A stretch of DNA of 64,000 nt from NCBI GenBank assembly GCA_965221775.1, contig CBDCSU010000004.1:1116011-1180010 (forward strand), read 5' to 3'. Below the pieces are notes generated by a model. It worked only from the letters and a program-made list of their open reading frames with translations. It had not been told where the DNA came from and did not search any database. The position numbers were made by a program, and so were the translations under genes. Source of the DNA: Candidatus Latescibacterota bacterium. Lineage in GTDB: Bacteria; Latescibacterota; UBA2968; UBA8231. Shown piece by piece: positions 38,802 through 47,461 of this stretch. The first letter of the stretch is position 1. Every line of letters begins with the position of its first letter.

Positions 38802-39827
38802 ATGAGCCCAGTCACCTGCCACGGGATCGCCGTCATCGGCACCGGCTACATCGGCGGCGAGCACATGCGCGCCATCGCCGCCAGCCCCCGCGCCCGCCTG
38901 GAGGTGATCGCCTCCACCGAGCGCAGCCGCGGCGCCGCCGAGGAGTTGCAGCGGGAGCACGGGGCGGGGCGCACCACCACCGACTACGAGGACGTCCTGA
39001 GCGACGACCGGGTGGACGTCGTCTACCTGTGCACGCCGAACTCCCTGCACCAGACCCAGGCGGTGGCCGCCCTGGAGGCGGGCAAGCATCTCTTCGTCGA
39101 GAAGCCCCTGGCGGTGACGGTGGCCGAGGCCCGCCGCATCGTGGCCGCCGCCCGCGCCGCCGGCACCCGCGTCATGGTCGGCCACGGCGCCCGCTTCAGC
39201 CGCATCTTCATCGCCATCCACGAGCTGGTGCGCAGCGGCCGCCTCGGCGAGGCCTGCTACGTGGAGGGCGACTACGTCCACGACCTGGGCCCCTTCCTCG
39301 GCCTGCCGGGCCACGACTGGTGGATGGACGTGGCCAACGAGGGCCCGCTGCCGATCCTCGGCGGCGCCTGCCACCCCGTGGACCTGATGCGCTGGATCGC
39401 CGGCGAGATCGTCGAGGTGAGCGCCTTCGGCGCCCGCCGCAACCTCCCCGACGCGCCGTGGGACGACACGGTGATCGCCAGCCTGAAGTTCGCCAGCGGC
39501 GCCCTCGGCAAGTGCCTGGTCTCGTGCGGCGCCAAGGTCCCCTACGCCATGAACCTCTCCTACTACGGCACCCGGGGCTCGGTGATCAACGACCGCCTGT
39601 TCCTCGACGGCATTCCCCACGTGGAGGAGTTCATGCGGCTGCCCGTGCCGATCCGGGCCGAGGACCACACCTGCGGCGAGGAGCTGGACCATCTCCTCGA
39701 TTGCGTCGAGTCCGGGGAGCCGACGGCCATCGACGCCGTCGAGGGGGCGCGCTCCCTGGCCGTCTGCTGCGCCATGGCCGAGTCGATCGAGGCCGGCCGT
39801 CCGGTGCCGGTGAGCCTCGACTTCTGA
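38802..39827 (+). CDS. Gfo/Idh/MocA oxidoreductase
   Basis: VIGTGYIG, CTPNSLH, GKHLFVEKP. Confidence 0.9.
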   Translation: MSPVTCHGIAVIGTGYIGGEHMRAIAASPRARLEVIASTERSRGAAEELQREHGAGRTTTDYEDVLSDDRVDVVYLCTPNSLHQTQAVAALEAGKHLFVEKPLAVTVAEARRIVAAARAAGTRVMVGHGARFSRIFIAIHELVRSGRLGEACYVEGDYVHDLGPFLGLPGHDWWMDVANEGPLPILGGACHPVDLMRWIAGEIVEVSAFGARRNLPDAPWDDTVIASLKFASGALGKCLVSCGAKVPYAMNLSYYGTRGSVINDRLFLDGIPHVEEFMRLPVPIRAEDHTCGEELDHLLDCVESGEPTAIDAVEGARSLAVCCAMAESIEAGRPVPVSLDF

Positions 39828-40750
39828 TGGAGACCCTGCGGCGGCTTGATGCGCGGCCCGGGGGCGGTTCCGCCTCCGCCTGGCTCGCGGGGATCCTGCC
39901 GCACCCCTCCGAAGAGCTGGAGTCCCGCCTTCACCGGTGCCGACAGGTGCTCGAGGAGGGAACCTTCGACTCGGGGTCGAGCCTCTTCGCCGGCCGCCGG
40001 GAGAGTCCCTCCGGCCTCGTGGTGTGCACCACGGACGGGACCGGGGCCCGCGTCGAGCTTCTCGCCGTCCGGGAGGGTGACCGGCGGCGCGGCCTCGGGA
40101 GGAGCCTGCTGGAAGCGGCGATCGCATCCCTGCGCAAGAAGGGGCAGCGCATCCTCCGCGCCGAACCGGTCTCCAGCCGCGAGGCGCCGTGGCGCTCGCT
40201 CCTCGAGTCCCTGGGCTTCGAGGGGCGCTCCCTCGGGTCCCTGCGCATGCACCGGCGCCTGAATGGGGAGCTTCCCGCCCACCCCGTTCCGCCGGGATAC
40301 GAGCTGCGCTGCCTCGGGCCCGGGGAGGAGGAGGCCTGGGTCGGCCTGAGGAACGCCTGCTTCCCCGACGACCCCTGGCCGCGGGAGCGCTACCGGGAAG
40401 AGCTGGCCGACAACCCCGTCTACGACCTGGACCGGATCCTGGTGGCCACCCGCGGGGGGAAGCTCGCCGGCACGACGATCGCCTGGGAGGCCGACTACGG
40501 AAAGGCGCCCGGAGGGCTGATCCACTGGGTCGGGGTGCATCCGCGGCACCGCGGCGCCGGCCTGGCCAAGGCCCTGAACGCGCGCGCCCTGCGGCAGCTG
40601 GCGGACCGGGGCTATGCCGAGGCCTGGCTGAACACCTCGCGCCGCTTCGAGGCGGCGGTGGGCCTGTACCACCGCCTGGGCTTCGAGGTCCACCGGGAGC
40701 TGTTCGCCTGCGAGCTGGCCCTGAACGGGTCCGGGGAGCCGGCGCCATGA
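39827..40750 (+). CDS. Tandem GNAT acetyltransferase
   Basis: Two acetyl-CoA motifs RRRGLGRSLL and HRGAGLAKAL; AVGLYHRLGF. Confidence 0.85.
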   Translation: METLRRLDARPGGGSASAWLAGILPHPSEELESRLHRCRQVLEEGTFDSGSSLFAGRRESPSGLVVCTTDGTGARVELLAVREGDRRRGLGRSLLEAAIASLRKKGQRILRAEPVSSREAPWRSLLESLGFEGRSLGSLRMHRRLNGELPAHPVPPGYELRCLGPGEEEAWVGLRNACFPDDPWPRERYREELADNPVYDLDRILVATRGGKLAGTTIAWEADYGKAPGGLIHWVGVHPRHRGAGLAKALNARALRQLADRGYAEAWLNTSRRFEAAVGLYHRLGFEVHRELFACELALNGSGEPAP

Positions 40751-41757
40751 GCGCGATCCCCACCCTCCTCGTCGGCGGCGGGCGCATGGGGACCGCCCAC
40801 CTGCACGGGATCGCCCGCATCCCGGGGCTGGCCGTCGTTACCGCCGCCGTCGAGCCCCACGAGGCGCACCGCGACCGCCTGCGGCGGGACCACGGCATCG
40901 AGCGGCTGTACGACGATCTGGAGTCGGCCCTGGAGGCGGAACCGGTGGACGCGGTCTTCGTCTGCACGCCGAACCACCTGCACGCCCGCTACGCCCTGAC
41001 CTGCCTGCGCTCGGGCCGGCACGTCTTCGTGGAGAAGCCCCTGGCCCTGACCGTGGCCGACGCCGACGCCATGGTCGCCGCCGCCGAGGCGGAGGGCCTC
41101 CGGCTCATGTCGGGGCAGACCCTGCGGTTCGAGCCCCGCCTGCGGCAGGTGAAGGCGCTGCTCGACAGCGGCCGCATCGGCGAGGTGCGGCACGTCCTCC
41201 ACCGGCGCATGAGCCCCGGCCGCGGCGGCGACGAGGGCAGCTGGTTCGCCCGCCAGGCCGAGTCCGGCGGCATTCTGCCGGGGATCGGGTCCCACTCCTT
41301 CGACATCATCCTCTGGTGGCTGGGGGACCGGGCGGTCACGGCCTATGCCGTGGTGCGGGCCCTCGATCCCCACCCCGCCGTCGACATCGAGGACGAGGTC
41401 TCCATGGTGGCCGTCACCCGCCGGGGGGCGATCCTCAACGTGGCCCTCTCCTTCCACCACCCGGCGGGCTACGAGTGGACCGTGGCCGGCAGCGAAGGGG
41501 TGATTCAGCTCGGTTCCACCAGCGGAGCGCTCTTGGTCGACGGCACTCCCGTCGAGCCGGAGGAGCCGGTGGACCTGCCCGGGGAGGCGGACATCCACCG
41601 CGAGTTCTTCACCGCCATCCGCGACGCCCGCCCCCTGGCCCAGGCCGCCGGCGCCGAGGTCCGCCACACGGTAGCCCTCTCGTGCGCCGCCGGGGAGTCG
41701 GGGCGCACCGGCCGGGTCGTCACCGTCGACCCGGGGCCGTCGGACCGAGGAGGCTGA
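40747..41757 (+). CDS. Gfo/Idh/MocA oxidoreductase
   Basis: VGGGRMG, CTPNHLH, GRHVFVEKP. Confidence 0.9.
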   Translation: MSAIPTLLVGGGRMGTAHLHGIARIPGLAVVTAAVEPHEAHRDRLRRDHGIERLYDDLESALEAEPVDAVFVCTPNHLHARYALTCLRSGRHVFVEKPLALTVADADAMVAAAEAEGLRLMSGQTLRFEPRLRQVKALLDSGRIGEVRHVLHRRMSPGRGGDEGSWFARQAESGGILPGIGSHSFDIILWWLGDRAVTAYAVVRALDPHPAVDIEDEVSMVAVTRRGAILNVALSFHHPAGYEWTVAGSEGVIQLGSTSGALLVDGTPVEPEEPVDLPGEADIHREFFTAIRDARPLAQAAGAEVRHTVALSCAAGESGRTGRVVTVDPGPSDRGG

Positions 41758-42659
41758 TGTTCCCCATCGGCGCCATGAGCATCGCCCTGGCGGGGCTGGT
41801 CGACGGTGAGCCGACGCCGGAGCGGATCCTGCGCGAGGCCGCCCGCCTCGGCCTCGACGGGGTCGAGTTCTACGAGTCCGACTGGGGCGGCGCCCCGGGC
41901 GACCTGGAGGAAGCGGCTTGCCTCGCCGAGACCGCCGCCGCCGCCGGGGTGCGGCTCTTCGCCATCGGGTCGGCGGCGCGCCTCGGGTACCACGACGGGC
42001 GCGCGGCAGCGGCCCTGGAGACGCTCCGGCGGCAGGTCGACGCGGCCGCCGCCGTGGGCGCCCGCTGCGTGACCTTCGCCGCCATCGACACCCAGCCCCT
42101 GCCCGACGGGCGGGACCCGGCCGAGGGCGGCCTGCCCTTCGCCGTCGCCGCGGCACCCCTCGTCCGGCAGATGCGGGAGCTGGCCGAATACGCCGGCCAG
42201 CGGCAGGTGCAGGTGGCCCTCCTCAACCACGGCTCCTTCGCCTGCACCAGCTGGCACCAGGAGTGGGTGGTGCGGCTGGTGGACGCCGCCAACGCCGGGG
42301 CCTGCCTCGATCCCGGCAACTACCTCTACTACGAGGGCGAGGACCCCGTGGCCGCCACGCGGCGGCTGCGGCGGCGGGTCGCCGCCGTGCGCCTCGGAGA
42401 CTGGCGCCCCCGGGACGCGGAGGCCGTGGCGGACGAGTTCGCCGCCGAGGCGCGGCTGAGCCCCTGGGAGGCGGCCGTCTTCGGCGAGGGCGAGGTCGAC
42501 CACGGCGCCTGCCTGCGCCTCCTGCGGGAGGGGGGCTACGACGGCTGGCTCTCCATCAAGAGTGCCGGCTCCTCCCCCCTGGGGCCGGAAGACGCTTTGC
42601 GCCGCACCCTCGACAACGTCCGGCAGCTCGCGGCTTCGATCGACGGAGGATCCCCATGA
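41757..42659 (+). CDS. Sugar phosphate isomerase/epimerase TIM barrel
   Basis: GLDGVEF, LLNH, DPGNY, GEGEVD, GYDGWLSI. Confidence 0.82.
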   Translation: MFPIGAMSIALAGLVDGEPTPERILREAARLGLDGVEFYESDWGGAPGDLEEAACLAETAAAAGVRLFAIGSAARLGYHDGRAAAALETLRRQVDAAAAVGARCVTFAAIDTQPLPDGRDPAEGGLPFAVAAAPLVRQMRELAEYAGQRQVQVALLNHGSFACTSWHQEWVVRLVDAANAGACLDPGNYLYYEGEDPVAATRRLRRRVAAVRLGDWRPRDAEAVADEFAAEARLSPWEAAVFGEGEVDHGACLRLLREGGYDGWLSIKSAGSSPLGPEDALRRTLDNVRQLAASIDGGSP

Positions 42660-42748
42660 CCGGCCCCTTCGACCTCGTCCTCGGCCGCGGCCACGTCATC
42701 GATCCACTCAACGGTCTGGACGGCCCCGCGGCTTCGGCGGCGCCCTGA
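42656..42748 (+). pseudogene. 5' remnant of an amidohydrolase gene (paralog of 45374..46540)
   Basis: MTGPFDLVLGRGHVIDPLNGLDGP vs MPNTFDLVLTGGHVIDPRNGLDGP (18/24 identical), then truncated; GGAGG SD and ATGA coupling. Confidence 0.8.
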
Positions 42749-42825
42749 TCCGCCCTACGCCTGCGCCCGCGCCGGCCGGGGACCCACGGATCAGGAACAC
42801 CGCTCGGAGCGCCGAGGAGGGCGAC

Positions 42826-44067
42826 ATGAGCCGATTCCGACTTCGAGAGATCCGCCTCGAAAACTACCGCTGCTTCGAAGATCTGAAGCTCTCACTCGAA
42901 GAAGACACCACGGTGCTCTTCGCCGAGAACGGCGGCGGAAAGACCGCGTTGCTCACGGCTCTCGCCATGGGCCTTGCCGTGTTCCAGAGGGGAGCGCCGA
43001 GAACCCTGAAGCTCGACGCGCGGCGCGATCCCACGATGCGCACCGTCAACGAGCAGAGGCGACGCGTGTCGCTCGCTCCATGCAAACTCTCCTGGACCGC
43101 CGCCGCGGGTGACTCGGAATCCGTGGCGTGGTCGACGGCCATTCAACCCGCCTCCGGACGCACCAGGAACGAGCACCAGCCGATTCTCGAAGCCGTCGAG
43201 CGAGTTCTCGTCCCCGGAGTGCGGTGGCCGCTATTCGCGTGGTACGGCGTCGATCGCCTGGCCCGCCACCATGATCGCCGTCGCAAGGTCGAGTTCACAT
43301 GGGATCGCTGGGAAGCCTATGCCTCCGCGCTCGACCCGGGCCTCGATGAAGCCCCGCTGCTCCAGTGGCTGCAGGACGAGATGCTCGGAGACGCAGGCCG
43401 GAGGCAGCGGGAAGAACCGGAGCGGCTGTTCCACACTTCCGTGTTGCAGGCAGCTGTTGAAGCAACTCCCGGCGCCAAGAACGCATGGTACGACCCGGTG
43501 GCGAGAAGTCCCATGGTCTGCTTTGAAGATGGGCACATCGCCCCGTGGTCCGCGCTGTCCGACGGTTACCACGGGTTCATCGCTCTGATCGCCGACATCG
43601 CCCGCCGCGCGGTGATGCTCAACCAGATCGACGGCGCCGACGCACCCGCGCGAGTGGAGGGCGTGGTGCTCATCGACGTGCTCGACCTCCATCTCCACCC
43701 ACGTTGGCAACGCGTGGCGCTACCGCGCCTTCGCGAGGCGTTCCCACGGATGCAGTTCATCATCACCACGCATTCGCCGCAGGTATTGAGTAGCGCGGAA
43801 AACCGCCAGGCGCGCCGGCTCGTCGACGGGCAGCTTCAGGAATACCCCGTGTTCGCGGAGGGGAGAGACACGAACGCGATCCTCCGCGAGCACATGAACA
43901 CCGACGATCGCGACAAGGAAGGGACGCGCGCGCTGCGGGCGCTGCACGACTACATTGATCAAGGTCGCCGCGAGGAGGCCGAGGAGCTGTACAAGAGGCT
44001 GCTTGCTCGGTGGGGCAACCTCGATCCTGCCTTGATTCGGGCCAAGGGGCTCATTGATCCGCCTTGA
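42826..44067 (+). CDS. PtuA/retron-effector-like ABC ATPase (AAA_21) with Walker B E->V
   Basis: LENYRCF, AENGGGKT, LSDGY, VLIDVLDLHLHPRWQ, TTHSPQV, GRDTNAIL. Confidence 0.85.
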   Translation: MSRFRLREIRLENYRCFEDLKLSLEEDTTVLFAENGGGKTALLTALAMGLAVFQRGAPRTLKLDARRDPTMRTVNEQRRRVSLAPCKLSWTAAAGDSESVAWSTAIQPASGRTRNEHQPILEAVERVLVPGVRWPLFAWYGVDRLARHHDRRRKVEFTWDRWEAYASALDPGLDEAPLLQWLQDEMLGDAGRRQREEPERLFHTSVLQAAVEATPGAKNAWYDPVARSPMVCFEDGHIAPWSALSDGYHGFIALIADIARRAVMLNQIDGADAPARVEGVVLIDVLDLHLHPRWQRVALPRLREAFPRMQFIITTHSPQVLSSAENRQARRLVDGQLQEYPVFAEGRDTNAILREHMNTDDRDKEGTRALRALHDYIDQGRREEAEELYKRLLARWGNLDPALIRAKGLIDPP

Positions 44068-44218
44068 CAGGCCCCCAAGATGGGTCTGACTCTTCTCCAG
44101 TACCTCTGCTCTCCATGCGCGCGTTGGCGGTCCGCCACGGCCGTGAAAGACAGCCGCTCAATCCGCGAGGAGGCAGCAATCCTCGATCTTGTTGAATTGA
44201 ATTGAAAGGGAGATAGAA

Positions 44219-44986
44219 ATGGCAGACTTCCTTACTACAGCAGCCGTGTCGGAGAGGCTTGAGAATATCATCAAGGACGCCACGGAGGAGCTGGTGCTCA
44301 TCAGTCCGTACCTCAAGGTCAACGATCGCATCAGGGAATCCCTTGAGAATAAGGCCCGTGAGTTCCTCGATGAAGAGGAAGGCACGCTCGCTCGCGTCAA
44401 GAACCTCATTTTGGGCGAGACAGAAAAAGAGCAGAAGAGAATCCAAATAGTCTACGGAAAGGAGATCGACCAGCCGGAAGTACGCACCTGGCTCGCTTCT
44501 TCTTCTTCCATAGAGATACTCTTTCGAAAGAACCTTCATGCGAAATGCTATCTGAACGAAACCGAGGCATTGTTGACCTCAATGAACCTCTATGAGTTCT
44601 CCCAGCAGAATAACGATGAAATGGGAATACTCGTTTCTCGAAAGCATGATCGGGAGTTGTACGACGACATTCATGAGGATGCGATACGAATCTTGGATGG
44701 AAGCGAGGAGGTGGCTCTTGTTGCGGGTGCGGAGCCAAGGATGCCGAAGATGCCAGGAAGAGTTCCGGAGCGAGGATTCTGTATCAGGTGTAGAGTCGAC
44801 TTGGCGGCAAACCCAGTGAAGCCCTATTGTGACAAACATTTCCAGTCATGGAACCGCTACAAGAACCCGGAGTACAAAGAGGAATATTGCCACATTTGCG
44901 GGGACGCATTCCAGGCGACGCTGCTCAAGCCCTTGTGCTCGAAGTGTTACAGAAGACACAACAGGAGCTTCGAGTTTGCCTCCTGA
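44219..44986 (+). CDS. Phospholipase D-like (HKD) nuclease with C-terminal Cys-rich zinc finger
   Basis: ISPYL, LHAKCYLNE, TSMNL, NDEMG; CIRC/CDKH/CHIC/CSKC; AT-richer codons. Confidence 0.82.
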   Translation: MADFLTTAAVSERLENIIKDATEELVLISPYLKVNDRIRESLENKAREFLDEEEGTLARVKNLILGETEKEQKRIQIVYGKEIDQPEVRTWLASSSSIEILFRKNLHAKCYLNETEALLTSMNLYEFSQQNNDEMGILVSRKHDRELYDDIHEDAIRILDGSEEVALVAGAEPRMPKMPGRVPERGFCIRCRVDLAANPVKPYCDKHFQSWNRYKNPEYKEEYCHICGDAFQATLLKPLCSKCYRRHNRSFEFAS

Positions 44987-45048
44987 GCCACCCGTTCCAA
45001 CGGGGCCAATACACCTTGGTGTCGAAGGCTGGACTGGGAGTATCTCTC

Positions 45049-45289
45049 TCAGAAGAGCGCGATCTTGAGCAGCAGCGCCAGAATGACGGACCGTATCCGA
45101 ACTTGAGCAGGGCCCAGTCGCGCTCGATTCTGGCGAAGCGCTCGTCAGAGGCGGCTTTCAGTTCGTCCAGGTCCTCCTTGCTGGCAAGCCCTTCGGCGAG
45201 GGGTATCGCCCCCGCAGCGGCCTTGGCCCTTTCCTTGGACGTTCCCGCCTCAATCAGCGGCCATAGACTTCAGCGACTATCAGACCCAT
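45049..45289 (-). pseudogene. Frameshifted copy of the small coiled-coil membrane-anchored protein at 46676..46924
   Basis: MGLIVAEVY/LIEAGTSKERAKAAAGAIPLAEGLASKEDL...RFARIERDWALLKFGYG/VILALLLKIALF; two 1-nt deletions. Confidence 0.8.
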
Positions 45290-45373
45290 CGTTTCTTCCC
45301 GTCTCCTCATCGACTTGCTCGGCCGAATAGACTACGTCCTGCAACTCGCCGCACCGATCAACGGAGATTCCTG

Positions 45374-46540
45374 ATGCCCAACACCTTCGACCTCGTCCTC
45401 ACGGGCGGCCACGTCATCGACCCGCGCAACGGCCTCGACGGCCCCATGGACGTGGCCGTGTGCGACGGACGCATCGCCGCCGTGGGCCCCGGCCTGGGCG
45501 CCAGCGCCTCCCCCTGCGTCGACGTCTCCGGTCTCCATGTCACGCCGGGGCTGATCGACATCCACCTCCACGCCTTCGGCGGCTTCAACGCCTGGTTGTT
45601 TCCCGACCCCTACTGCCTGAGCTGCGGGGTCACCACTGCCGTCGATACCGGCAGCAGCGGCTTCAAGGACTTCGAGCGCTTCCGGGAGACGATCATGGAA
45701 CCGTCGACGACGCGGGTCCTCGCCTTCCTCAACATCGTCGGCGCCGGCATGACCGGGCCCCCGGAGCAGGACACGACCGACATGGACCCGCGGCCCTGCG
45801 CCGAGACGGTGGGCCGCCACCGGGACCGCCTCGTGGGCACCAAGTCCGCCCACTTCGGGGGGCCGGGATGGGAGTCGGCGGGTGGCGCCATCGAGGCCGC
45901 CCGCCTGAGCGGCACCATCGCCATGGTCGACTTCTCGCCGCGGCCCACGCGCACCTACGCCGAGCTTCTCGAGCGCTTCGACGCCGGCGACATCCACACC
46001 CATCTCTACTCGACGCGCACGCCCCTGGTGGACAAGGAGACCCGGAGCGTCGCCGACTACGTGTGGGCCGCCCGCGAGCGCGGCGTCGTCTTCGACCTGG
46101 GCCACGGCAACCAGAGCTTCTACTGGCACCTGGCGGTGCCGGCCATGGAGCAGGGCTTCCCGCCCGACACGATCAGCACCGACCTGCACCGCCGCAGCCG
46201 CCTGCTGTCGAACGCCACCATGGACGTGACCATGTCGAAGATGCTGGCCCTGGGGATGCCGCTGCCGGAGGTCGTGCACCGCTCCACCTGGCGCCCGGCG
46301 CAGGTCATCGGCCGCCCGGAGCTGGGACACCTGGGCGTGGGCGCCGAGGCCGACATCGCCGTCCTCGAGATGGTCCCCGGGGAGTTCCGCTTCGTCGACA
46401 GCACCCGCAGCACCCGGCCCGGGAGCCACCGCCTGCAATGTCAGATGACCCTGCGCGCCGGCGAGGTGGTTTGGGACCTGAACGGCCGTTCCTTCCCCGA
46501 CTGGCGGGAGACCCTGCCCGCCGTCTGGCGGCGGGAGTAG
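45374..46540 (+). CDS. Amidohydrolase/deacetylase (dihydroorotase-like) metallohydrolase
   Basis: PGLIDIHLH, GDIHTH, FDLGHG, PDTISTDLH. Confidence 0.9.
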   Translation: MPNTFDLVLTGGHVIDPRNGLDGPMDVAVCDGRIAAVGPGLGASASPCVDVSGLHVTPGLIDIHLHAFGGFNAWLFPDPYCLSCGVTTAVDTGSSGFKDFERFRETIMEPSTTRVLAFLNIVGAGMTGPPEQDTTDMDPRPCAETVGRHRDRLVGTKSAHFGGPGWESAGGAIEAARLSGTIAMVDFSPRPTRTYAELLERFDAGDIHTHLYSTRTPLVDKETRSVADYVWAARERGVVFDLGHGNQSFYWHLAVPAMEQGFPPDTISTDLHRRSRLLSNATMDVTMSKMLALGMPLPEVVHRSTWRPAQVIGRPELGHLGVGAEADIAVLEMVPGEFRFVDSTRSTRPGSHRLQCQMTLRAGEVVWDLNGRSFPDWRETLPAVWRRE

Positions 46541-46675
46541 CTCGCCGCCGGGCCGCCTCTCTGGAAAAGGCCGCGGTACTTCAACGCGCAACGTGTGGAG
46601 CTGCGAACCTGCGGGCTGGCTTGGTCCGCAGAGGCATCGAGGTTGTCGGGACGATAGGGGTGGGGAGGGGCTCTC

Positions 46676-46924
46676 TCAGAAAAACGCGATCTTGATCAGA
46701 AGCGCCATGATGACGGGGCCGTATCCGAACTTGAGCAGTGCCAGGTCGCGCTCGATCCTGGCGAGGCGCTCGTCAAGGCCGACTCTCACTCTCGGTTTGC
46801 GCAGGTCCTCTTTGGTGGCAAGCCCTTGGGCGAGAGGTATCGCCCCCGCGGCGGCCTTGGCCTTTTCCTCGGACGCTCCCGCCTCGATCAGCGCATCATA
46901 GACTTCAATAACTATCAGACTCAT
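46676..46924 (-). CDS. Small coiled-coil protein with C-terminal TM helix (DUF1640/Bdr-like)
   Basis: EVYDALIEAGASEEKAKAAA...LATKEDL...hydrophobic C-terminus; SD GGAG. Confidence 0.7.
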   Translation of the reverse strand: MSLIVIEVYDALIEAGASEEKAKAAAGAIPLAQGLATKEDLRKPRVRVGLDERLARIERDLALLKFGYGPVIMALLIKIAFF

Positions 46925-47124
46925 CGTTTCTCCACCCATCGGCGGCGAGCTTGAAGCTGACGGTGCGGTATGCGTCCATCCAGATGAAGTCGAAGGAGTG
47001 TGTCACGACATGTCGTGAGTTGCTCCCGTGGAACCTTGATGCGCTCGACCAGAAGCCCACCATGCAACTCCTCGAACCCCTCGCTCTGCCGCAGCGTATC
47101 AGGTTTCTGCTGTGTCGTCGTCAT
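46921..47124 (-). CDS. Hypothetical 67-aa protein (possibly degenerate)
   Basis: GGAGG SD; ATGA coupling at both ends; no recognisable family. Confidence 0.4.
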   Translation of the reverse strand: MTTTQQKPDTLRQSEGFEELHGGLLVERIKVPREQLTTCRDTLLRLHLDGRIPHRQLQARRRWVEKR

Positions 47125-47461
47125 GCGTCCTCCGGGTTCACTGCAGGGTCTCGGGCTTCTTTGTCAGTCGGCATGCCTCCTCCGAGGGCTGGACTGCCGG
47201 CCGCATGAACACACCCTATGGGGTATTTCGGTTCCCCTCAAGGACGGAGGCGAGCTTCACACCCAGTGACCGACAACTCTCCTCGATTGCCTCTTGGGGC
47301 CCCCGAGGGCGCCTGGCGCCGGTAGCAGCCCGCCGCCGGGGCCGCCCCGCCCCGGGGCGAGTTCGGCTCTCCGTGACGGGGACCCCGCAAATCCCGTAAT
47401 TGTCCCGCCGCCGCCCCGCGGCAGGCGCCCTGCAAGGGCATTCACCCAGAGGAACCGCCCC

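Noticed and set aside
44190-44206. TTGAA x3 tandem repeat upstream of the PLD gene
   Set aside because: Too short to assign a function.
42749-44218. Retron (RT plus msr-msd) associated with the PtuA-like ATPase
   Set aside because: No reverse transcriptase motifs in the window and no convincing a1/a2 repeats.
44079-45290. 11-bp inverted repeat GATGGGTCTGA / TCAGACCCATC flanking the PLD gene
   Set aside because: A match this short is expected by chance over a few kb; no transposase or target duplication seen.
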